A DNA stretch of 64,000 nt from an uncultured Christensenella sp. (GTDB lineage: Bacteria; Bacillota; Clostridia; Christensenellales; Christensenellaceae). Shown here in pieces: positions 1-9,223 of the stretch. Position 1 is the first letter of the stretch; each line of letters starts with the position of its first letter. The stretch is taken from assembly GCA_964592125.1 (NCBI GenBank), contig CAZQBV010000003.1, positions 1,605 through 65,604 on the forward strand, written 5' to 3'. Both the position numbers and the translations under genes were made by a program. The notes under the pieces were generated by a model. It saw nothing but the letters and a program-made list of their open reading frames with translations. It did no database searches and was not told where the DNA came from.

Positions 1-1
1 G

Positions 2-826
2 GATGACCAAGTAGATAAAGTGAAAAACATGGTGGATAACTATGAGAAAATGAAGCTGGACTGCCTATGTACACTGGGGGGCAACGGCACCCATAAAACA
101 GCAAATTTACTGACCGAAGAGGGGCTGAATGTAATTGGATTGCCCAAAACGATTGACAATGATATTTGGGGTACGGATGTTACCTTTGGGTTCCACAGTG
201 CAGTGGATATTGCTACGGAGGTAATTGATAGACTACACACCACTGCTGCAAGCCATGGGCGTGTGATGGTGGTGGAACTGATGGGCAACAAAGTAGGATG
301 GCTTACTTTATATGCAGGCCTAGCTGGTGGTGCGGATGTGATTGTAATACCCGAAATACCCTACCACAAGGATATTGTGATTGATGCTGTGGTGGGCAGG
401 GCAAAACGGGGAAAACTATTTTCCATATTGGCAATTGCCGAAGGCGCTATTTCCTTAGAAGAAGTGGGGCTGAAGAAGAAAGCACTAAGAGAAAAACGCG
501 AAAAAACAGGAGTAACCAGCGCTGCAGCAATGCTTACCAAAGCAATAGAAAGCGAAACGGGTATGGAAAGCCGAATGGTGGTGCCTGGCTACATACAACG
601 TGGCGGATCTCCCAGCGCGTATGATCGCATTTTATCTACAAAATTGGGTGTGCGTGCTGCAGAGCTAATTGGAGAGAAGAAATTTGGTTACACAATAGCC
701 ATGAAAGGGGATCGTCTCACTCAAAACCCACTTTCAGAAGTAGCGGGGAAAACGAAATTTGTAGAGCCCAAACACGATATGGTTCGAGTTGCTAGAGATA
801 TGGGCATTTCTATGGGGGATAAGTAA
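2..826 (+). CDS. pfkA: ATP-dependent 6-phosphofructokinase, C-terminal part (5' end lies outside the window)
   Basis: Reading frame is open to the window edge. Contains motifs GLPKTIDNDI, TTAASHGRVMVVELMG and GYIQRGG, typical of PfkA. Confidence 0.85.
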   Translation, partial: DDQVDKVKNMVDNYEKMKLDCLCTLGGNGTHKTANLLTEEGLNVIGLPKTIDNDIWGTDVTFGFHSAVDIATEVIDRLHTTAASHGRVMVVELMGNKVGWLTLYAGLAGGADVIVIPEIPYHKDIVIDAVVGRAKRGKLFSILAIAEGAISLEEVGLKKKALREKREKTGVTSAAAMLTKAIESETGMESRMVVPGYIQRGGSPSAYDRILSTKLGVRAAELIGEKKFGYTIAMKGDRLTQNPLSEVAGKTKFVEPKHDMVRVARDMGISMGDK

Positions 827-846
827 CGAGAAAAGCGAAATACTGG

Positions 847-2385
847 CTACATAAGTGGGCCGAATATGCGAAGCAAGGCCTGTGCAAAACGCTTATACCA
901 AGGATTGTTTTGAGTATCGGCATAAGAAATTTCTTGACTGATGGCTGCTGTATCCAAAAAATCCTTTTTCATATCTGCAAGGCAGGAAGTGGCATACATC
1001 CACACACCGCACTCGAAGTTCAGAAACAGGCTTCTGAAATCTAAATTTACGGTGCCCACAATGCCAAATTTGTCATCACATACCATTGTTTTAGAATGAA
1101 TAAATCCGGGCGTATACTCATAAATGCGGATCCCCGCCTTTATGAGTTGCGCATAATTAGCTTGCGTTACCCAAAACACCATCTTTTTGTCGGGAATGTG
1201 TGGCACGGTTACACGAATATCTACACCGCTTTGTGCGGCCGTACAAAGCACCGCAACAAGCTCGTTGCCCAGTACCAGATAGGGCGTATTGATATACACA
1301 TACTTTTGTGCACGAGATATCATGTTAATTAAAATGCCTTCATTTAAGCTGACATCCGTAAAAGGAGAGTCTGCAAAGGGCTGCACGAAACCTTCGCTTT
1401 TTACTTTTGCTGCTTTAGTTTCAGGAATGTCAAATACAGCCAAGTTGATGGAGAAATCTTTTGCAGTGTATGTCCACAAATGTAGGAAGATAGCCAATAA
1501 AGCCTTTACACCATCACCCTTTAGCATTAAGTGTGAATCTTTCCAAATACCAAAGCGTGGCTTTGCATTGATATATTCATCTGCAATATTGTTGCCGCCG
1601 CAAAAACCAGTTTGCCCATCAATCACTGTAATTTTTCGATGATCCCTATTGTTGAAGAGAGAGTTTAGAACGGGACGAAGCGGGTTGAATACAGCGGTTT
1701 TTATACCACGTTCCTGCATTTTTTTATAGTAACCATGGGGCAGTGTGCTCATGCAACCTATGTCATCATACATGAAGTATACATTGATTCCCTGTGCGGC
1801 TTTTTCTATTAGGATATCCAATATGCTTTTCCACATAACACCCTCGGATACAATAAAATATTCCATTACAATGTATTTTTCTGCTTTTTTCAGTTCGATT
1901 AAAAGATCTGCAAAAAAATCTTGCCCCATAGCATAGTATTTTGTTTGTGTATTCGCATAGAGAGGGTATTGGGAATTGCCTTTGATATAAGTGGATTGTA
2001 GCTGAGCAGAGTGTTCCATGTTTTCGACGTTAGGTGTTTCACTTGTAGTGGGTATCATGAAATGTGCAATTTTTTTGTAGGCTTGAAGTCCTAGTTTTTT
2101 TTCTTTGAAAGTGAGCGAACGCTGGCTAAAAAAGAAATACATAGTGATTCCCAAGATAGGAAGCAGAAGAATGAGTATGATCCAGCTTATTTTGTATGCG
2201 GGGTTTTTAGGTTGGCTGGTAATCCATAGCACCATCAATAAACCAGTGATGGTGAGTGCCATGTTGATCCAACCACTGATGGACTCAAGAATGCTGAGCA
2301 ACAAAAAGACGAAAACCAACTGCACTCCGATGAGGGCAAATAGAATAAAAAGTCTGCTGGTAAAGAAACTTTTAAATTTTTTCAT
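847..2385 (-). CDS. cls: cardiolipin synthase (phospholipase D family)
   Basis: 512 aa with N-terminal TM helices. Two HKD motifs (HRKITVIDG... and HSKTMVCDD...). Confidence 0.85.
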   Translation of the reverse strand: MKKFKSFFTSRLFILFALIGVQLVFVFLLLSILESISGWINMALTITGLLMVLWITSQPKNPAYKISWIILILLLPILGITMYFFFSQRSLTFKEKKLGLQAYKKIAHFMIPTTSETPNVENMEHSAQLQSTYIKGNSQYPLYANTQTKYYAMGQDFFADLLIELKKAEKYIVMEYFIVSEGVMWKSILDILIEKAAQGINVYFMYDDIGCMSTLPHGYYKKMQERGIKTAVFNPLRPVLNSLFNNRDHRKITVIDGQTGFCGGNNIADEYINAKPRFGIWKDSHLMLKGDGVKALLAIFLHLWTYTAKDFSINLAVFDIPETKAAKVKSEGFVQPFADSPFTDVSLNEGILINMISRAQKYVYINTPYLVLGNELVAVLCTAAQSGVDIRVTVPHIPDKKMVFWVTQANYAQLIKAGIRIYEYTPGFIHSKTMVCDDKFGIVGTVNLDFRSLFLNFECGVWMYATSCLADMKKDFLDTAAISQEISYADTQNNPWYKRFAQALLRIFGPLM

Positions 2386-2518
2386 AAAACCACCGTGTTT
2401 ATTGTATTATAGATAGCTTAAGTATATCATAAAGCACTATGCAAGCCCAACTATTCTTAAACTGAAAAAGATAGGAATAAGGAGAATGAGTACGCAAATA
2501 AAAAAAAGAATAGCTGGG

Positions 2519-3643
2519 CTACCTAATGGAGAAGCCCCGAATGCCTCTTAACTCGGAAATGGGCAATGTTTCGTAATGTTTTACGATGGTCATGTTAAAA
2601 GTGGCAGGATTGTTGAATAAATCCAGTTTTTTGTATGGGGGGATTAATAGTTTCACAACAGGATGAAGTGAATTTTCATTTTCTATGACTATGGCTTTGT
2701 TGCCATCATTAAATTCCACAAAAGAACCAATTGGAAAAAATTCTATCTTGCGTAAAAAGCCTCGTACAATATCCATGTCAAAAGCGGAGCCCACATTGCC
2801 CATCATGTATTCCGCTACCTCTGAGGGAAGCTGTGGTGTTCGGTATGGTCGCTTTGAAGTAAGAGCATCGTATACATCTGCAACAGAAATTATTTTACTG
2901 TAGTAGGGAATGCTTTTTTCGGCTAAACCATATGGGTAACCAGTACCATCTATTTTTTCGTGGTGGCACATTACGCTTTCATAGATATCTGGATCTTTGA
3001 TGTTGTTTTGCAGCAAATAATTTTCGCTGCTTTCTGGATGCTTCCTGACAATTTGGAATTCCTCGTTTGTTAGATGGCTGGGCTTGTTTATAATTTCTAT
3101 GGGAACGCTCATTTTGCCGATGTCGTGCATGATGGCGCCAAAACCCAGCTTGTGAAGTTCATCGTGAGACAAACCCAGCTGAACCCCTATGGCCAGAGAA
3201 ACAACCGCTACACTGAGAGAATGATGGTAGGTATATTCATCATAAGCACGCAGATCGGAAATATTAATTAACTGTGATTGATTTTCTTTCACAAGATTGA
3301 TTAACTCCAACACAGTTTGGTCTATATGATTGATGTGTTTTTGCTGTATACTAAGAGAACTGGCACTGTTTTTAAACATCCATTCCAGATTGTTTAAAGA
3401 TTGGGTTTTTAGCTTCTGGGACAAGAGCGGCTTGCTGGGTTCTAAATCGCCGGTGATTCCATCCCGGATATAAACACCTGCTATACCAAATATTTTTAGC
3501 CGCTCTATAAAGCGATCAGTAAGAACGGTGCCTTTTGGAAGCAACCGCAAATTGGATTGCTCAAAAACCATTACATCATCACTTAATTTTAAACCGCTTC
3601 TTAACTGATCAACTGGTATAAACAGCAAAACAAAACTCCCCAC
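2519..3643 (-). CDS. HD-GYP domain c-di-GMP phosphodiesterase with an uncharacterised N-terminal domain
   Basis: Motifs [14 protein letters not shown] and [17 protein letters not shown] start with no obvious SD, so the exact start is uncertain. Confidence 0.8.
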   Translation of the reverse strand: MGSFVLLFIPVDQLRSGLKLSDDVMVFEQSNLRLLPKGTVLTDRFIERLKIFGIAGVYIRDGITGDLEPSKPLLSQKLKTQSLNNLEWMFKNSASSLSIQQKHINHIDQTVLELINLVKENQSQLINISDLRAYDEYTYHHSLSVAVVSLAIGVQLGLSHDELHKLGFGAIMHDIGKMSVPIEIINKPSHLTNEEFQIVRKHPESSENYLLQNNIKDPDIYESVMCHHEKIDGTGYPYGLAEKSIPYYSKIISVADVYDALTSKRPYRTPQLPSEVAEYMMGNVGSAFDMDIVRGFLRKIEFFPIGSFVEFNDGNKAIVIENENSLHPVVKLLIPPYKKLDLFNNPATFNMTIVKHYETLPISELRGIRGFSIR

Positions 3644-3965
3644 CTATAACACTATACAAGTATAGATATTTATTATATCACAGACGTTGAGTATAACAAT
3701 GAAAAACATGTAAATTATGAGCTTTTATAAAAAGCGGCTACAAAAAAATATGTATTTTAAAGCAAAAACAAGAGAAATAATTTCAATAAAAAAAGATGTA
3801 GAAAAATAGGAAGAAGAAGTCTTTTGAAACATAATATAGGAAAGTCTTTTCTTTTTGAAAATAATACTCTATAATATAAATTAAGTAGAATAAATAAACA
3901 ATGGAAAAAGCTTTGATGTAGGTGTATTTAGTTTTTAGTATTATATTAAAAGGATGGTAAGCAAG

Positions 3966-5183
3966 ATGCAGACGTATATTGTGAAACAACCAGTTCATGA
4001 CAAAGATAATAACCTTTTTGCATATGAAATTCTTTACCGTGAGAACCCAGATGATACCCAGGTGGAATCGGATGATGCAATTGCGGCTAATGCCATAGAA
4101 AATCTTTTGCCGCGTTTGTCTGACCAAGATTTTTTTGATGGGAAAGATGTGTTGCTTACTTTTACGGAGCCTTTGCTGCAAAAGGATATTCCCAGCATAT
4201 TTGATGCCAACACATTAATACTGGAACTGGAGTATGAAGTTCTGTTGAATTCCGATGCACTGAACTTGATTCGAAAGTATAAAGAGAAGGGCTACAGAAT
4301 TTCGCTGATGGAGTTTCAGTTTAACCCACGCTACATTACAATGCTGGATGAAGTGGATTTTATTAAGCTGAACATGAAAATACCGTCTACTTCTACAGAA
4401 TCCATTGCGGCAATTGCGCGGGAATTGAATATAAAAACAATTGGGTTTAATGTGGATGACAAACGTACCTTTGACTATGCAAAAAAACTGGAAGTGGATT
4501 ATTTGCAGGGTCAATACATTGGCACAATGATACCTGAGAAGGTGAACAACCTAGAGCATTTGCAAAGTAACTTCTTCCAGCTGATGGCTGCGGTAACGGA
4601 GCGTGAACCAGATTTGGACAAAATAGAAGAACTGGTGGCTCGTGACGTAACACTAACTTATGCGCTGTTGAAACTGGTGAACTCTGCCTTCTTTGGATTT
4701 AGAAACAAGATACAGTCGGTACACCAAGCCATGGTGGTGTTGGGTGTGAACCAGCTGCGCCAGTGGATTTACCTGCTGAGCTTCCGCAGGGATGAAAATG
4801 CACCGGAAGAATTTATTAAGCTTTCGTTTATGCGCGGACAATTTTGTGCGGAGTTGTTTGATTATGCGAAGGATATGCCGATTGTAAAATCCGAAGCGTA
4901 TTTGTTGGGTATGTTCTCTACAATGGACTATATATTGAATGTACCAATGGAAGAAGCGCTGCAGCACCTTGCCATATCGGATGATATTAAAGTGGCATTG
5001 CTAAAACAAGAGGGACGTTGCGGCGTGCTATATAAAATGGTGCTGGCCTATGAGCGTGGCGATTGGCCTGTGATAAACGAATGTGCGGAAGAGCTGGAAA
5101 TGCCCACAGCCATTATTACCGAAAAATATTTTGAGTGCTTGGAAATGGTAAATAATATTTGGGATGGATTGATGACGCTGTAA
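3966..5183 (+). CDS. EAL-like plus HDOD domain signalling protein (COG3434-type); EAL catalytic residues look degenerate
   Basis: N-terminal YEILYR (EAL position), DFIKLN and YLQGQYIG. The HDOD signature is LLKLVNSAFFGF...AMVVLGVNQLRQW. The ATG at 3966 sits about 11 nt after AAAGGA; an alternative ATG lies at 3954. Confidence 0.7.
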   Translation: MQTYIVKQPVHDKDNNLFAYEILYRENPDDTQVESDDAIAANAIENLLPRLSDQDFFDGKDVLLTFTEPLLQKDIPSIFDANTLILELEYEVLLNSDALNLIRKYKEKGYRISLMEFQFNPRYITMLDEVDFIKLNMKIPSTSTESIAAIARELNIKTIGFNVDDKRTFDYAKKLEVDYLQGQYIGTMIPEKVNNLEHLQSNFFQLMAAVTEREPDLDKIEELVARDVTLTYALLKLVNSAFFGFRNKIQSVHQAMVVLGVNQLRQWIYLLSFRRDENAPEEFIKLSFMRGQFCAELFDYAKDMPIVKSEAYLLGMFSTMDYILNVPMEEALQHLAISDDIKVALLKQEGRCGVLYKMVLAYERGDWPVINECAEELEMPTAIITEKYFECLEMVNNIWDGLMTL

Positions 5184-5256
5184 TAGGTGGGAAGCTGAAT
5201 AGAACTGTTGTAGTAGCTATAACAGATATGAAAATACATGAGCTGAAGGGGACGCT

Positions 5257-6093
5257 ATGGGGGAAGAAAAGATTCCTATTATTAATATAATGGAGGAAAT
5301 TGTTGACTTAAAAGTTGATAAGCTGGTGGATATTAAAGATATGTGCAAATGCCAGCACTGCCGTGCCGATGCCAAAGCTCTGGCGTTGAACAAGCTTCCG
5401 CCCAGATATGTAGCCTCGGTAAGCGGGGGCGTTTTTTCCCAAATGCAGGCAACAACAACACAAATGCAGGCAGAGCTGATGGTGGCGGTGGTGGAAGCGG
5501 TGGAGATGGTTGCCAAACGGCCAAGCCATGCTGTGGAAAAAAAGGAAGAAAAGAAAAAGGAACGGCGTCTATCTACACGAAGCGCCAGCGTGGAGAAAAC
5601 AGTACAGATGGAAAACCTCCCGCAGGATGACGGTGTGGAGGAAGTTGGCAATGCCCAAGAAAACGAGACTATAGGCCAGAAACAGGCTGCGACAGTCAAC
5701 AAAATATCGGCTGAAGACATTGGCGGTGAAACGAAACCGAACCTAGGGGGAAAGATTTCCCCGGAGGATATAGGAGGAACTGCCCTAACGCAAGTACCTA
5801 CAGCAAAAGCGGCACAGGAATCTACTGTAACAACTGCCAGTGAAGCGCCAGCAACGCAAAGCCAAGAGGATAAAATGGCTGCGGCATTGGCTGCGGCAAA
5901 AGCCAAGGCTGCGCAGGAAGCCGCCGCGTCAATTGCAAGTGAAACCCCAATAGCGCAAAGCCAAGAGGACAAAATGGCTGCGGCGCTGGCTGCGGCAAAA
6001 GCGAAGGCGGTACAGGAAGCTGCCGAGGAAGATGAGCTGATAGATGTGGGCGGGTATGGCGCATTTGATGGTACGGAATTGCCAGAACTGTGA
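5257..6093 (+). CDS. ComFB-like domain protein with a long charged, Ala-rich C-terminal extension
   Basis: N-terminal IMEEIVDLKVDKL...CKCQHCRADAKALALNKLPPRYV matches my memory of the ComFB (late competence development) signature. The C-terminal 190 aa is low complexity with an internal duplication. Confidence 0.65.
   Translation: MGEEKIPIINIMEEIVDLKVDKLVDIKDMCKCQHCRADAKALALNKLPPRYVASVSGGVFSQMQATTTQMQAELMVAVVEAVEMVAKRPSHAVEKKEEKKKERRLSTRSASVEKTVQMENLPQDDGVEEVGNAQENETIGQKQAATVNKISAEDIGGETKPNLGGKISPEDIGGTALTQVPTAKAAQESTVTTASEAPATQSQEDKMAAALAAAKAKAAQEAAASIASETPIAQSQEDKMAAALAAAKAKAVQEAAEEDELIDVGGYGAFDGTELPEL
5836..6033 (+). repeat. 99-bp direct duplication, in frame, inside the ComFB-like gene
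   Basis: ASEAPATQSQEDKMAAALAAAKAKAAQEAAASI followed by ASETPIAQSQEDKMAAALAAAKAKAVQEAAEE. The copies start at 5836 and 5935. Confidence 0.85.
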
Positions 6094-6156
6094 AGGACAG
6101 TTGAAAGTGGAAAGCTAGATCACCAAAGGAACAATTGGGGAATTTTTTTGAGGATT

Positions 6157-6855
6157 ATGGAGATGGAAAACCAAGAAAAAAATGAAATATTACAACTGCT
6201 GTTGGAGATGCGGCAGGAAACCAGCGAACGATTTGACGCGGTGAGAAATGAAATGCTGGGAATGCGGCAGGAAACCAGTGAACGATTTGACGCGGTGAGA
6301 AATGAAATGCTGGAGATGCGGCAGGAAACCAGCGAACAATTTGACGCGGTGAGAAATGAAATGCTGGAGATGCGGCAGGAAACCAGCGAACAATTTGACG
6401 CGGTGAGAAATGAAATGCTGGGAATGCGACAGGAAACCAACGAACGATTTGACGCGGTGGACAAAAAGTTTGGTGCTGTGGATGAACGATTTGATGCAGT
6501 GGATGAAAAGTTTGAGGTTGTAGATGGGCGATTTGACGCGGTGAGAAATGAAGTGTTGGAAGTGTTGCTGGAAGTGCGGCAGGATTCCAATGAGAGATTT
6601 GACACGCTGAGCGGCAAAGTGGATGAGTGTAACAAAAGAATTGGTGCGGTGGAAACGGATGTGCGGGGGATTGCGCTGCGCATAGAAAACGAACTGCAAC
6701 CAGATATGCGGCTGCTGGCCGAAGGGCATATGGAAACTGTGCGGCGCGGGGAAGTGCTGCCTTTGTTTGAAAAAACAGAGGAACTGACAACCAGAATGGA
6801 TGCAGTGGAAAAAGTGGCGGCCGCCAATACTGAAAAGATGAAAGCACTGGGATGA
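6157..6855 (+). CDS. tandem-repeat coiled-coil protein of unknown function
   Basis: Five 18-aa units MRQETSERFDAVRNEML(G/E), then four heptads D-x-(K/R)-F-x-(A/V)-V, then a charged helical tail. Possible starts at 6148 (TTG), 6157 or 6163 (ATG) after GAGGA. Confidence 0.65.
   Translation: MEMENQEKNEILQLLLEMRQETSERFDAVRNEMLGMRQETSERFDAVRNEMLEMRQETSEQFDAVRNEMLEMRQETSEQFDAVRNEMLGMRQETNERFDAVDKKFGAVDERFDAVDEKFEVVDGRFDAVRNEVLEVLLEVRQDSNERFDTLSGKVDECNKRIGAVETDVRGIALRIENELQPDMRLLAEGHMETVRRGEVLPLFEKTEELTTRMDAVEKVAAANTEKMKALG
6208..6477 (+). repeat. 54-bp tandem repeat, 5 copies, in frame
   Basis: ATGCGGCAGGAAACC recurs at 6208, 6262, 6316, 6370 and 6424, an exact period of 54. The copies differ by a few substitutions. 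Confidence 0.95.
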
Positions 6856-7069
6856 ACAGTCATAATGCAGAATTGAACAGGCGTGCAGGGGAAGGCACCC
6901 CGCTGGGCTATGAGCGATGTTGGCTGGGGGAAGTGGCGCGTTTCGGGGAAAAGCAAAAAAACAATAATGCTTTACAATACTATCAATGTATAAACAATCT
7001 ATAAACATTTCATAAACAAGCGCATATGTGTGCACCAAAAAATCACAGAAAAAATATTTTTAAAATACG

Positions 7070-7097
7070 CTAAAGTATTTGAAAGCACTGACGATAT
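7070..7097 (+). promoter_or_regulatory. candidate sigma-28 (SigD/FliA) promoter for the flagellin gene
   Basis: TAAA-N16-GACGATAT versus the B. subtilis SigD consensus TAAA-N15-GCCGATAT. Lies about 150 nt upstream of the flagellin ATG. Confidence 0.6.
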
Positions 7098-7248
7098 AAC
7101 TAACATAAACTTGAAGCTGGAGTTTTGCTGAGGCAGGAGATCCTAGGTAACTCTTTTGGCAAGGTGGGAAGCTGGCATTCAGGTTTGCGATCTACAATTT
7201 TATATTAACGGCAAGATGCCGGATAAAAAAATCAAGGAGGATTATAAA

Positions 7249-9153
7249 ATGAGAATCGCTAACAACATTATGGCGCTGAACACTCACCGCCAGTACACAA
7301 TTCAGAACGATAAGGTGGCCGCTTCGGCCGAAAAACTATCCTCGGGCTATAGAATTAACCGTGCGGCTGATGACGCTGCTGGCCTTGCTATTTCCGAGAA
7401 AATGCGTTCACAGATTCGTGGCCTAAACAGGGCTTCCATGAACTCTCAGGACGCTGCTTCGTTGATTCAAACAGCTGAGGGCGCGCTGCAAGAAGTGCAC
7501 AGCATGCTGCAGAGAATGAACGAGCTGGCTGTACAAAGTGCTACCGGCACAAACCAAGAGTTTGACCGTACACAGATTGCAAAAGAGTTTGACCAGCTAA
7601 AACGCGAAATAAACGACATTGCAGAGCAGACAACATTCAACAACATGAAAATATTGGATGGCAGCCTGTCTAACTTTGGAGCGCAAAGAAGCGCTGCAAC
7701 TGCAGGGTTGTTTGCAACTAATGCTGATTCTATGGGTGCAGCAGTTAGAAGTATTATGAATGTAAGTGCTATTCCAGGTGTTCCTGCGGCTACGGAATCA
7801 TTCGCTCACTTTGACATTGATTTGACTGGGATGAATGCAACGGCTAGTGGTGCTACCGATACATTCAAGTTATCCATAGGAGGAGTAGACCTTACTTCTG
7901 CTGCTACAGCAGCATATGCTGCTAATGATACATTGGATGGAGCGAAGATAGCGGCATTGTTTGCTGGGGAAAAAGTAACGCTTACAATTGATGGCCAAGC
8001 GAGAGAATTTACAGCAGCGGTAAGTGGCGCTGTTGTATCGCTCACAGCAAGTGACGCTAAGGCATGGGACATTAGTACAGACAACTTAAAAACGGCGGTT
8101 GGGACACCTACGGTTGGCACTACTGGTGCTACAATTGATACTCAACCAAATAGTCTAGCAATAAGAGGTGTGCAAGCGGGAGTTGCGGATCGTCCTGCGA
8201 CAGCAGCAACGAACACATATACCTTTATGGGCAATGTGAAAGCAGGGGATGTATTTACTTTCGCGGGTAAACGTTTTGAACTGGTTGGTACAGGCAATCC
8301 TAATCCTACTACTGCAGGTGCAATAGCAGTGAAAATGGACGTTGATAATGCAGCGACAATTACTGCACTAGCGGCTGCGTTGCAGGCGGAAGGTGGCGCG
8401 GACTACACTATCACGAACTATACAACAAACACAAATGGTAATGCCATTGAGATTGCGCAAGCTGATCCTGCTGTGCCAGTGGATCTTTCTATGAGTATGA
8501 GACCTGCTGCTGCCAGAAATGGCATGGTAGAATTTGATCCGGTAAAATTGAAGGAAGGCGACAAAATTACTGTTAAGTTAACGGATGACAATGGTGACAC
8601 ACAAGAAGTAACTTATTTGCATCAAGAAGGTAATCAGATGACTGATATTGCTGCGATTTTGGCTGGCACAGTAGAGGGCGCAGAACGTAGCGGAAACTTT
8701 ATTAAGTACGCAGGGAAGTTTGTGGAAATTGCATTTGAAGAGACTATTCCTACTGATACGGAGACTATGCGTATTCAAGTAGGTGCGTTGGAAAATGAAC
8801 AGTTGAGTATAGAAGTAAGATCTATGAACACAGCTGGTTTAGGTCTGGATGATTCCAGTATCTATACACAGGATACTGCAGGTAGTGCGATTACATCGGT
8901 ACGTGATGCTGTAAACACAGTTTCCGATCAGCGCGCATTGCTGGGTGCTATGCAGAACAGAATGACATACAAGATAAACAACATTAAGATTTCTGCTGAG
9001 AACCTGCAAGCTGCTGAAAGCCGTATTCGTGACGTTGATATTGCTTCTGAGATGACAAACTTTACAAAAGCGAATATTATGGCGCAGGCCGCAACAGCAA
9101 TGCTGGCACAGGCAAACTCTGCACCACAGAACGTACTGTCTCTGTTGAGATAA
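7249..9153 (+). CDS. fliC: flagellin, unusually large (634 aa) with a roughly 330-370-aa central insert
   Basis: N-terminus is MRIANNIMALNTHRQ...LSSGYRINRAADDAAGLAISEKMR and C-terminus is ...RIRDVDIASEMTNFTKANIMAQAATAMLAQANSAPQNVLSLLR. AGGAGG lies 8 nt upstream of the ATG at 7249. The track start at 7156 is rejected. Confidence 0.95.
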   Translation: MRIANNIMALNTHRQYTIQNDKVAASAEKLSSGYRINRAADDAAGLAISEKMRSQIRGLNRASMNSQDAASLIQTAEGALQEVHSMLQRMNELAVQSATGTNQEFDRTQIAKEFDQLKREINDIAEQTTFNNMKILDGSLSNFGAQRSAATAGLFATNADSMGAAVRSIMNVSAIPGVPAATESFAHFDIDLTGMNATASGATDTFKLSIGGVDLTSAATAAYAANDTLDGAKIAALFAGEKVTLTIDGQAREFTAAVSGAVVSLTASDAKAWDISTDNLKTAVGTPTVGTTGATIDTQPNSLAIRGVQAGVADRPATAATNTYTFMGNVKAGDVFTFAGKRFELVGTGNPNPTTAGAIAVKMDVDNAATITALAAALQAEGGADYTITNYTTNTNGNAIEIAQADPAVPVDLSMSMRPAAARNGMVEFDPVKLKEGDKITVKLTDDNGDTQEVTYLHQEGNQMTDIAAILAGTVEGAERSGNFIKYAGKFVEIAFEETIPTDTETMRIQVGALENEQLSIEVRSMNTAGLGLDDSSIYTQDTAGSAITSVRDAVNTVSDQRALLGAMQNRMTYKINNIKISAENLQAAESRIRDVDIASEMTNFTKANIMAQAATAMLAQANSAPQNVLSLLR

Positions 9154-9170
9154 CACAAATGATTGAATGA

Positions 9171-9200
9171 AAGAAGCCCCTGCTGGGGGCTTCTTTTCTT
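9171..9200 (+). terminator. rho-independent terminator after the flagellin gene
   Basis: 10-bp stem AAGAAGCCCC/GGGGCTTCTT with a 4-nt loop, followed by TTCTTT. Confidence 0.8.
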
Positions 9201-9223
9201 TCAAAAAGAGGGGGAAGAGGCCT

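Noticed and set aside
3783-4181. 132-aa minus-strand ORF in the HD-GYP / EAL-HDOD divergent region.
   Set aside because: The product is extremely AT-rich and low-complexity (F/I/Y/K). It overlaps the start of the EAL-HDOD gene, so it is probably promoter DNA.
6208-6477. Regularly spaced 54-bp repeats that might look like a CRISPR array.
   Set aside because: The units are directly adjacent with no spacers. They are in frame within a long ORF encoding an 18-aa repeat, and there are no cas genes. This is a coding tandem repeat.
5217-7038. Several long minus-strand ORFs (5217-5972, 6120-6956, 6155-6847, 6190-7038).
   Set aside because: They are shadows of the repeat and low-complexity plus-strand genes. 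Their own composition is repetitive (S/A/C-rich or F/H/P-rich), they have no SD, and they overlap better-supported genes.
7156-7248. 31-codon N-terminal extension of flagellin given by the ORF track.
   Set aside because: It starts at a non-ATG codon with no SD. AGGAGG precedes the ATG at 7249, and the canonical flagellin N-terminus MRIANN begins there.
9167-9223. Upstream start for the FliB-like gene.
   Set aside because: It would lie inside the flagellin terminator hairpin. The ATG at 9224 has its own purine-rich SD.
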